Sequence record: SRR31147125_1466
DNA: 39,848 nt
Strand: one strand, 5' to 3'
The translations under genes and the position numbers were made by a program. The first letter of the stretch is position 1, and each line of letters begins with the position of its first letter. The notes beneath the pieces are model-generated. The model worked only from the letters and a program-made list of their open reading frames with translations. It did no database searches and was not told the origin of the DNA. This document shows positions 29,684 through 37,954 of the stretch, in pieces.

Positions 29684-30037
29684 TTAAAATGTTTTTAAGT
29701 AAATCTTAGCTTCGTCGTGCGCATCAACATCCACTTTGATTCCTTTTGTAGAAATAACTTGCATGATATCATCTATAGATAATGGAATATCTTTTAGATC
29801 TTTATATCCTTTTTTCAAAGCAAATCTTGCAAACATCTTAACAATTGATAATGGGATGGGTATAAAAAACAATATGCCCAGTAATATAGATATACCTCTC
29901 GAATCATTGATTTTTACTTTCAGTTTGACAAAATGTGCTTTTTTCAATTGTGGAGAATCACCATAAATATATTTGTATGCTTGATTTACGGATATTTTAT
30001 TTTCATACAATTGATTAAGTACTTGATATTTATTCAT
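29684..30037 (-). CDS. hypothetical protein with SHOCT-like N-terminus and one hydrophobic segment
   Basis: KYQVLNQLYENKISVNQAYKYI; ISILLGILFFIPIPLSIV; AAGGAG RBS. Confidence 0.75.
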   Translation of the reverse strand: MNKYQVLNQLYENKISVNQAYKYIYGDSPQLKKAHFVKLKVKINDSRGISILLGILFFIPIPLSIVKMFARFALKKGYKDLKDIPLSIDDIMQVISTKGIKVDVDAHDEAKIYLKTF

Positions 30038-30077
30038 AATATCTCCTTGAAAATTAATTTTTTTAACTTACACCTTG

Positions 30078-30106
30078 ATTATATTAATTTATTTATCATT
30101 TGTCAA
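30078..30106 (-). promoter_or_regulatory. perfect-consensus promoter of the DUF2089 operon
   Basis: Minus strand TTGACA (30106-30101), 17 nt, TATAAT (30083-30078). Confidence 0.8.
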
Positions 30107-30124
30107 CACTTTTGTCACAAAAAT

Positions 30125-30194
30125 ATTAAAATTATTGATTTTGTGATTAATTTTATTGATTTTTATTGATTAATTTATAAAAATAATTGATTTT
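30125..30194. repeat. phased AT-rich direct repeats (ATTGAT core)
   Basis: ATTAAAATTATTGATTTT (30125) and ATTAATTTTATTGATTTT (30146); TTGAT at 30135, 30156, 30166, 30187. Confidence 0.5.
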
Positions 30195-30279
30195 CATCAT
30201 ATTATCACTATATTTTTTAATTTATTTTTATTCTATTGTATAATATGAGGTGAAAATTGATATTGAAGGAGAATAAAAA

Positions 30280-31491
30280 ATGACAAGTTTAATAGAAAGA
30301 TTTTTACGTTATGTAAAAATTGATACACAATCAGATCATGAATCATCAACTTTTCCATCTACTGAAAAGCAAAAAGATTTATCAAAGATCTTAGTTTCTG
30401 AACTTAAAGAAATGGGTCTTGATGCATTTTTAGATAAAGATGGTTATGTTTATGCAAAAATTGAGAAAAATATAGAAAATAAAAAAGCAATCGGTTTAAT
30501 TGCTCATGTGGATACATCTCCTGATGCACCTGGTAAAAATGTTAACCCTAGAATCATTGAATCATATGACGGTTCTACGATTCAATTAAATGATACACTA
30601 TCGATGCATCCTGATGCTTTCCCAAGTTTAAACCGTGTAATCGGACAAGATATTATTGTTACAGATGGTCATACTTTACTTGGTGCAGATGATAAATGTG
30701 GAGTTTCTGAAATTATGGAAGTTGCTGCATATTTTACATCTCACCCTGATGTGCAACATGGAGATATCTATATTTGTTTTACACCAGATGAAGAAATTGG
30801 AAAAGGTGCTGATCGTTTTGACTTTGATTTTTTTAAAGCTGATTTTGCTTATACTGCTGATGGCAGTGAAGTAGGCGGCATTGAATATGAAAACTTTAAT
30901 GCAGCTACTGCAACACTGACATTTACAGGAAAAAGCATTCATCCTGGATCTGCTAAAAACAAATTAATTAATGCACTACACCTAGCCATGGAATTTCATC
31001 AAATGTTACCACCTTTTTTAAATCCTGCTTATACAGAAAACTATGAAGGGTTTAACCATATCATGGATATGCAAGGACAAGTTGAAGAGGCAGTCACAAA
31101 ATATATCATTAGAAATCATGATAAAGTATTGTTTCAATCTCAAAAAGACGAATTCTTACGTATCGCTAGATACTTAAATGAATCTTATGGTTATCAAGCT
31201 GTTTTAGTTGATATCGTTGATAGTTATTATAATATGTATGACATTATCAAAGATCACATGGAAGTCGTTGATTTAGCTGTAAATGCAACAAAATCATGTG
31301 GTTTAACACCTTCAATTGAACCCATTCGAGGTGGTACAGATGGTGCAAGATTAACATATGATGGTTTAATCTGTCCAAATATAGGCACAGGTGGTTATCA
31401 ATTCCATGGACGTTATGAGTTTGCATCTATTAATCAGATGGAAAAAGCAGTTGAAATATTTAAACAAATCATCATATTAAACGCAAAATAG
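30280..31491 (+). CDS. pepT: peptidase T (tripeptidase)
   Basis: ERFLRYVKIDTQSD, AHVDTS, LLGADDK, FTPDEEIG, YENFNAA, HPGSAK, PIRGGTDG, FHGRYE. Confidence 0.96.
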   Translation: MTSLIERFLRYVKIDTQSDHESSTFPSTEKQKDLSKILVSELKEMGLDAFLDKDGYVYAKIEKNIENKKAIGLIAHVDTSPDAPGKNVNPRIIESYDGSTIQLNDTLSMHPDAFPSLNRVIGQDIIVTDGHTLLGADDKCGVSEIMEVAAYFTSHPDVQHGDIYICFTPDEEIGKGADRFDFDFFKADFAYTADGSEVGGIEYENFNAATATLTFTGKSIHPGSAKNKLINALHLAMEFHQMLPPFLNPAYTENYEGFNHIMDMQGQVEEAVTKYIIRNHDKVLFQSQKDEFLRIARYLNESYGYQAVLVDIVDSYYNMYDIIKDHMEVVDLAVNATKSCGLTPSIEPIRGGTDGARLTYDGLICPNIGTGGYQFHGRYEFASINQMEKAVEIFKQIIILNAK

Positions 31492-31514
31492 TGAGTCGAA
31501 AGACTCACTATTTT
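31485..31514. terminator. bidirectional terminator between pepT and Sel1 gene
   Basis: AAAATAGTGAGTC-GAAA-GACTCACTATTTT between convergent stop codons. Confidence 0.85.
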
Positions 31515-32777
31515 TTAGTTTTGATATTTAGATTTTTGTAATTTTTCATAGTTATTAATTGAATACATGAGTTGTACAGCTTTTTCAAATCCTTGATCAG
31601 CTGCCTTTTGCCAAAGTGTTTTCGCTTTCTCTTCATCTTTTTCGATGACTTCACCTGCAAAATATAGCATACCTAAATTATACTGTGCAATCGCTAATCC
31701 AGATTCAGCTGCTTTTTCATACCAATAAAGTGCTTTTTGATCACTTCGCTCTACGCCGTCACCTTTTTGATACATAACAGCTAAGTTATATTGAGCATTA
31801 GGATGACCTTGTTTTGCTGCTTCACCTAATAGAGTTGCTGCATTTTCAAAATCAGGTTTTTTATTTTGCAATAGTATTAATGCAAGATGATAAAGTGCAT
31901 CTTTATCTTTTTCTAGTGCTGCTTTCTGATACCAATTGACAGCTTCATCTAAGTTTTGTGGTACACCCTTACCATATTGATAATAATATCCTACATAATA
32001 AGCGGCTTCTGTATGACCTTGTCTTGCTGCAACCATAAACCACTCAAATGCTTTTAATGGATGCTTAGACTCTCTGTCATGTAAAAGTTTAGCGAGGGAA
32101 AATGCGGCAAGCATATACTGTTGTCTTGCTGCTTTTTCTAAGAAAAATTCAGCTTTTCGATAATCTTCTTGTTCAAGTGAAAGCATTGCAAGCGCATATT
32201 GTGCATATGGATGGTCTTGCGCTGCTGCTTTTTCATAATAGGGTATTGCTTTATCTGTTTGATTACCATCTTCACCAAGTGTTTCATAAATCATACCAAG
32301 CATATATTGTGCATCACTATAACCTTTATCGGCTGCTTTAACAAACCATTCAATCGCAGAAAATACATAGCGTTGTACATGAAACCCATAATAATAGTAA
32401 GTCCCAAGTATATGCATGCTCACTGCATCATCATGAGTTGCTTCAATAAATAACATTTGATATTGATCAGAAAAATAAGTTGCAGCCTTGCCTTCATCTT
32501 TTTCAACACCAGATCCACTATGAAACATCATACCTAGTGCATAGCCACATTTTGCACTGCCAAGTGATAATCCTTCTTCATATAATTCAATTGCTTTGTT
32601 AAAATCAAGTGTCACTCCATCACCAAGACCATAAAACCGTCCTAAAAAGTAATATGCATCGGCATAGCCCATGTCAGCGGCTTGTTCAAAATGCTGTATC
32701 GCTGTGAGCACATTTTTTTTCGGTGTATTTAATAAATAATGTGCAAGTGCTTGATTATAATGTGTTTTTGCGTTCAT
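31515..32777 (-). CDS. Sel1-like repeat protein (about 11 repeats; start 32777 or 32792)
   Basis: Repeated AQYNLG/A..Y..G.GV..D..KA..WY.KAA..G units over the whole length. Confidence 0.9.
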   Translation of the reverse strand: MNAKTHYNQALAHYLLNTPKKNVLTAIQHFEQAADMGYADAYYFLGRFYGLGDGVTLDFNKAIELYEEGLSLGSAKCGYALGMMFHSGSGVEKDEGKAATYFSDQYQMLFIEATHDDAVSMHILGTYYYYGFHVQRYVFSAIEWFVKAADKGYSDAQYMLGMIYETLGEDGNQTDKAIPYYEKAAAQDHPYAQYALAMLSLEQEDYRKAEFFLEKAARQQYMLAAFSLAKLLHDRESKHPLKAFEWFMVAARQGHTEAAYYVGYYYQYGKGVPQNLDEAVNWYQKAALEKDKDALYHLALILLQNKKPDFENAATLLGEAAKQGHPNAQYNLAVMYQKGDGVERSDQKALYWYEKAAESGLAIAQYNLGMLYFAGEVIEKDEEKAKTLWQKAADQGFEKAVQLMYSINNYEKLQKSKYQN

Positions 32778-32820
32778 AAAAATCATCTCCATTACTATCT
32801 TAACATATGATATATATATG

Positions 32821-33456
32821 TTATATTTTTTTTACTGGGTGTCTTAATATCGTTCTTAATTTTTCAGGTTGTGTTCTTCTTGGATCACTTAAATAAATTT
32901 CATGATGTTTTCTTCGCTCATTAAAATCTAGTGCATATCCCATATCTTTTACATATTGATCCATTTTTTCTACACTATATATCTCATCATCATAAGATCC
33001 TACATGTAACATTTGTACAACTAATCCCTCATAAAATGATTGGTATTTTACTTTTGAAAAATCTTTTTGTTTTTTATGAGTTGCTTCTTTAATGGCTTGT
33101 TCAAATACGTCTTTTGAAATAAAATCAGGTACACGCATCATTGAAGTCCAAATAAATTGATCTTTTAATGTTCGATCATAACCTTTTAATCCATCAATTT
33201 CCCATAAACCTTCTAAAGGACATACAACATAATCATAGTACCCTTGGATTTGATTTCCTTTTTTTAATCCCATCTTCAATGTATATGCAATCTGATAAAT
33301 GAGTCCGATGGCTTCAACATACTCACCTTGAGGATCTCCAGGGTTACCACGTCCTTCAACATATATAAAATTCATCTGTGGAATCTCTATAATCTCTGGT
33401 TTGATGGTTGGTTTATAAAATTGTTTTTGCGTTTTTTTAAAATCAATGGTTGCCAT
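32821..33456 (-). CDS. GyrI-like small-molecule-binding domain protein
   Basis: DFKK..K.FYKP, G.GNP, DYVVCPLEGLW, QMLHVGSYDDE, HHEIYLSDPRRT.PEKLRTILRHPV. Confidence 0.85.
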   Translation of the reverse strand: MATIDFKKTQKQFYKPTIKPEIIEIPQMNFIYVEGRGNPGDPQGEYVEAIGLIYQIAYTLKMGLKKGNQIQGYYDYVVCPLEGLWEIDGLKGYDRTLKDQFIWTSMMRVPDFISKDVFEQAIKEATHKKQKDFSKVKYQSFYEGLVVQMLHVGSYDDEIYSVEKMDQYVKDMGYALDFNERRKHHEIYLSDPRRTQPEKLRTILRHPVKKI

Positions 33457-33467
33457 TGTTTTACCTC

Positions 33468-34085
33468 TTAATTAAAAAGATGCTTAATCTTCTTATAATA
33501 TAGATCATAACCTACTTGATTAAGATGTATGCCATCTTTTGTGTATGCGTGTGTAAGTTCACCGTTTGAGTCAACTAAATCTTCAAATAACTCAATAAAT
33601 TCTATGCCTGCAATTAAACGTAATTGATGATTGACTTCATCCGCATCATTAAGATTACGATACTTAACAAACATTTGGTTAGAAAATGATGATTTATTTA
33701 TGGGTGTAAGACCAATCACAATAATTTCAATACCCTGCATACTATTTTCCAAAATATTAATTATTTCTTTTATATTGCTTATGGTTTTAATGGTATCATT
33801 TTCAGTCAGAACAAAATCATTTAAACCGATATGAAGAATCACTTTTTTAGGTTTTAATCTCGTGATTTGTTCTATCCTTTGAAGTAAGCCATCAGTCGTA
33901 TCACCTGGAATCCCTTGATTATAAACACTATCGTTTAAGCCATAAGATGATAAGGGAAAATATGCGACCATAGAATCTCCTGCAAATACAATGTCCCTAC
34001 CTGGTTCTAATTGATTAAATTTTTTAATATGTCTTTTATAGTCAGCTTTAATCACAGCTTTTAAGACAGTTAAATCTTTTTCCAT
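33468..34085 (-). CDS. GDSL/SGNH esterase-lipase
   Basis: FAGDSM, NQGIPGDTT, HIGLND, DGIHLN..GY. Confidence 0.9.
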   Translation of the reverse strand: MEKDLTVLKAVIKADYKRHIKKFNQLEPGRDIVFAGDSMVAYFPLSSYGLNDSVYNQGIPGDTTDGLLQRIEQITRLKPKKVILHIGLNDFVLTENDTIKTISNIKEIINILENSMQGIEIIVIGLTPINKSSFSNQMFVKYRNLNDADEVNHQLRLIAGIEFIELFEDLVDSNGELTHAYTKDGIHLNQVGYDLYYKKIKHLFN

Positions 34086-34093
34086 AAATACCT

Positions 34094-36046
34094 CTATTTC
34101 GAACGTAGTTCAAAAATAATATCTCTTAATTCAGCCGCTTTTTCAAAATCAAGATTTTTAGCTGCTTCATTCATTTGTTCATCAAGCTTTTTAATCATTG
34201 CTCTGATGTCTTGTTTACTCATTTTTTCATATGATTTATCTTCTTCGATGATTTCTTGTTTCATCGAGATTTGTTCACGTATATCTTTTTTAATAGTGAC
34301 AGGTTCAACATTGTTTTTTTCATTATATGCCATTTGCAATGTTCTTCTACGCATCGTTTCATCCATAGCAAATTGCATCGCTTGAGAGATAGAATCTGCA
34401 TACATAATGACTAATCCATTTTGATTACGCGCTGCACGGCCTATCGTTTGAATTAAACTTCGCTCAGATCTTAAGAAACCTTGTTTATCTGCATCTAAGA
34501 TTGCGACTAAGCTTACCTCGGGTAAATCTAGTCCTTCTCTCAGTAAGTTTATCCCAATTAAACAATCAAATTTACCGAGTCTTAAATCTCTTAAAATACG
34601 AATACGCTCTAGAGATTTTATCTCACTATGTAAATATGCAACTTTCAAGCCCAATTCTTTAAAATATTTTGTTAAATCTTCACTCATACGTATGGTTAGG
34701 GTTGTGACTAATACACGTTCATTGTTTTCAATACGTTTTTTAATTTCAAAATATAAATCATCCATTTGACCATCTGTTTTTCTAACTTCTATCACTGGGT
34801 CTAATAAATAGGTTGGTCGAATGATTTGTTCAATGATTGGAATATTTTTTTCTTTTTCATAATTACCTGGTGTTGCAGATAAATAGATGACTTTATCTAA
34901 TTTTTGTTCGAATTCATCAAATTGTAAAGGTCTATTGTCAAGTGCTGATGGTAATCTAAATCCATGATTAACGAGTGTTGTTTTTCTTGAGCGATCACCT
35001 GCATACATGCCTCTGACTTGAGGAATTGTCACATGGGACTCATCAATAATCAGCAAGAAATCTTCACCGAAAAAATCAATGAGTGTCGCTGGTGTTTCAC
35101 CTGCTTCTCTAAGTGATAGATGTCTTGAATAGTTTTCAATACCACTACATAAACCTATTTCTTCTAACATTTCTATATCATATTTGGTACGTTGCTCAAT
35201 ACGTTGTGCTTCAAGTAACATTTGATTTGATTTAAAATATGCGAGTTGTTCTTGTAATTCATTTTTAATTCTTCGAATTGTTTCACTCATTTTTTCTTTA
35301 TTCGTCATAAAGTGTGTCGCTGGAAATATCGTGATGTAGTTTAGTGATTCAAATGCTTGTCCTGTTAGTACATCAAAAGATTTAATTTCTTCAATTTCAT
35401 CACCAAAAAACGAAACACGTATACCTTTTGCGCGTTCACTCACAGGAATTATCTCAATAATATCTCCTCTAACTCTAAACGTACCTCTATGAAAATCCAT
35501 ATCATTTCTTTGATAGGTTAATTCAACAAGTTTATTAATGAGATGATCTCTACCATATTCATCACCAACACGTAAAAACATCATAGATTTTTTATAATCA
35601 TCGGGGTCGCCTATACCATATATACAAGAAACGGATGCGACAACGATCACATCATCACTATCTAATAATGATGCAGTTGCACTATGTCTCATTTCATCGA
35701 TTTCATCATTGATTGATGAATCTTTTTCAATATAAGTATCCGATGAAACCACATAAGCTTCCGGTTGATAATAATCATAATACGAGATAAAATATTCTAC
35801 GCGATTCTCTGGAAAAAAAGATTTTAACTCACCATATAATTGCCCTGCTAATGTTTTATTTGGTGCGAGTATTAATGTTTTTTTCTGTAGTTTCGCAATA
35901 ATGTTTGCCATGGTAAAAGTTTTACCTGTACCTGTAGCACCAAGTAACACTTGCTCCTTGTATCCTTGATTAAGATTTTGTTCTAATGATTCAATTGCTT
36001 TAATTTGATCACCACGTGGTTGATAGGGTGCTTTTAGTTTAAACAT
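34094..36046 (-). CDS. uvrB: excinuclease ABC subunit B
   Basis: [66 protein letters not shown]. Confidence 0.98.
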   Translation of the reverse strand: MFKLKAPYQPRGDQIKAIESLEQNLNQGYKEQVLLGATGTGKTFTMANIIAKLQKKTLILAPNKTLAGQLYGELKSFFPENRVEYFISYYDYYQPEAYVVSSDTYIEKDSSINDEIDEMRHSATASLLDSDDVIVVASVSCIYGIGDPDDYKKSMMFLRVGDEYGRDHLINKLVELTYQRNDMDFHRGTFRVRGDIIEIIPVSERAKGIRVSFFGDEIEEIKSFDVLTGQAFESLNYITIFPATHFMTNKEKMSETIRRIKNELQEQLAYFKSNQMLLEAQRIEQRTKYDIEMLEEIGLCSGIENYSRHLSLREAGETPATLIDFFGEDFLLIIDESHVTIPQVRGMYAGDRSRKTTLVNHGFRLPSALDNRPLQFDEFEQKLDKVIYLSATPGNYEKEKNIPIIEQIIRPTYLLDPVIEVRKTDGQMDDLYFEIKKRIENNERVLVTTLTIRMSEDLTKYFKELGLKVAYLHSEIKSLERIRILRDLRLGKFDCLIGINLLREGLDLPEVSLVAILDADKQGFLRSERSLIQTIGRAARNQNGLVIMYADSISQAMQFAMDETMRRRTLQMAYNEKNNVEPVTIKKDIREQISMKQEIIEEDKSYEKMSKQDIRAMIKKLDEQMNEAAKNLDFEKAAELRDIIFELRSK

Positions 36047-36104
36047 CTTATACTCCTAAAATAATAATATAACTTATGTTTCTATCATAACATATTGTGA
36101 AAAC

Positions 36105-36127
36105 AAAAAGCACCAAAAGGTGCTTTT
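36105..36127 (-). terminator. terminator after Na/Pi symporter
   Basis: AAAAGCACC-AAAA-GGTGCTTTT. Confidence 0.75.
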
Positions 36128-36138
36128 AAATTGTTCGA

Positions 36139-37842
36139 TTAAATATCTCTATCGACTTCTTTTGATTTTGGTAGAATTTCATCTTGTGGGACATATAGTG
36201 GCTCGATAATTGCACTTGCTATATTCATTAAGTGATCACCAATTCTTTCAATATTTGCAAGTATATCAACATAGTTTTCAGCAGCACCATGTTTAATATC
36301 ACCTTTTTTAAGTCTTTCAATATGTCTATAACGATATTTTTCTTCAAGTTGATCAATAACATCTTCATTAGATACAACTTGTTCTGCACGTTCTTTATCA
36401 TTATCTTGGAATGCAAATAACGCATCTTCTAACATGATTTGAATGATGTTTAGCATACGTGACAATTCTCTGCGTCCTGCATCGCTTAAATCTTGATTGT
36501 TTTGATATCTTTCAGTTAAGAAATCAATAATATTGGTTAAATGATCACCAATTCTCTCAAAATCTTTAATCGTGTCTAAATCTCTTGATAGCTTTTTAGA
36601 ATTAATCGCATCTAGTCCTGATTGAGAAATTTTAATTAAGTAATCATGAAGTTTAGTATTATATAAATCTAGTATATCTTCACATTCATAGCCATCTCTA
36701 ATAAAATGTTCTTTATTTTCTTGACTATATTGTAAGACAATATCTAAATACTCTTTTGTAACTGTACCCATATATAAAATAGTTTTTTTAACAAACTCTA
36801 GTGCTAAGAGTGGTGATTCATCAATGAGTTTTTCATCAAACATTTCTTCTGGTATCATATTTTTATCTTGATTTTTAACAACTATTTTAGATAACTTTAT
36901 CATTGGATGAATAAACCAATATAAAACAAATGTCATGGTAATATTTTGAAACGCATGTGCATAAGCAATTGTTAATCTAGAATATGGTGTTAAGAAATTA
37001 AGTTCAAACCATGCGACAAGTTTTTCATACGGTATAAGAACAATTAAGAATACGAGCATAGAAACCACATTAAATAAGATGTGAACAAATGATGCACGTT
37101 TACTTTCTGTATTCCCACCAATAGATGCAAGTACAGCTGTAATTGTTGTTCCTACATTAGCACCTAATAGAATAGGTATCGCACCATTAAGTGTTATCGA
37201 TGCAATGCCATCAGCATTATATGCATATAATGTCTGCAATACACCAATTGAAGCAGATGATGATTGAACGAGCATCGTAAATAGTGACCCAAATACAGAA
37301 CCTAAGAACCAGTTCTCAGAAAACACATTAAACATATCATGAGCTGTTTGTGTATCAGCAAGTGGTTTTAAACCTGCACTCATGGTATCAAGACCAACAA
37401 ATAACATCCCTAAACCTAATAAAACACCACCAAAATGTTTTACTTTTAAGTTTTTCATAAATGATAAAAGGACACCACCGAATAACATATATAATCCGTA
37501 GTCAGCGATTGGAAGACCAATAATAAATGCAGTAACGGTTGTACCGATGTTTGCACCCATAATAATACCGACACTTTGTGGGAGTGTCATTAAACCAGAT
37601 CTAACCAAACCAATCATTAATGCAGTTGTTCCTGAAGAAGACTGAATAAGGAAAGTTAATAAAACACCAACTAATATACCTTTTAAAGGTGTATTCGTAG
37701 ATTTTTCAATAATCATTTTAAGTTTACTTCCGGCAGCTTTTTTCAGTGATTCACTCATATAATTGATGCCGAATAAAAATAACGCTAATCCCCCAAATAA
37801 ATTCATCAGGTTTTCTGATAAATCTACAACTAAAATAGACAT
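36139..37842 (-). CDS. Na+/phosphate symporter (NptA/PNaS family) with C-terminal PhoU-like repeats
   Basis: GGLALFLFG, QSSS motif twice, GANIGTT/GANVGTT, ERIGDH twice. Confidence 0.92.
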   Translation of the reverse strand: MSILVVDLSENLMNLFGGLALFLFGINYMSESLKKAAGSKLKMIIEKSTNTPLKGILVGVLLTFLIQSSSGTTALMIGLVRSGLMTLPQSVGIIMGANIGTTVTAFIIGLPIADYGLYMLFGGVLLSFMKNLKVKHFGGVLLGLGMLFVGLDTMSAGLKPLADTQTAHDMFNVFSENWFLGSVFGSLFTMLVQSSSASIGVLQTLYAYNADGIASITLNGAIPILLGANVGTTITAVLASIGGNTESKRASFVHILFNVVSMLVFLIVLIPYEKLVAWFELNFLTPYSRLTIAYAHAFQNITMTFVLYWFIHPMIKLSKIVVKNQDKNMIPEEMFDEKLIDESPLLALEFVKKTILYMGTVTKEYLDIVLQYSQENKEHFIRDGYECEDILDLYNTKLHDYLIKISQSGLDAINSKKLSRDLDTIKDFERIGDHLTNIIDFLTERYQNNQDLSDAGRRELSRMLNIIQIMLEDALFAFQDNDKERAEQVVSNEDVIDQLEEKYRYRHIERLKKGDIKHGAAENYVDILANIERIGDHLMNIASAIIEPLYVPQDEILPKSKEVDRDI

Positions 37843-37923
37843 AGTGTTCCTCCTTGAGTAATTGCCATATCTATTTTACATGAAATTTACATATAATCAA
37901 ATAATATTTTATATTTTTAGTAT

Positions 37924-37950
37924 AAAAAAATAAGCACCCGCAGGTGCTTA
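37924..37950 (-). terminator. terminator after ppdK
   Basis: TAAGCACC-CGCA-GGTGCTTA followed by T7 on the minus strand. Confidence 0.8.
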
Positions 37951-37954
37951 CTCA

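Noticed and set aside
29933..30169. 78-aa plus-strand ORF across the DUF2089 promoter region
   Set aside because: Low-complexity I/F/N product of AT-rich DNA that overlaps a real gene and its promoter.
34100..34112. CGAAC-GTA-GTTCA at the end of uvrB as a LexA box
   Set aside because: Spacer is 3 rather than 4 nt and the site lies in coding sequence.
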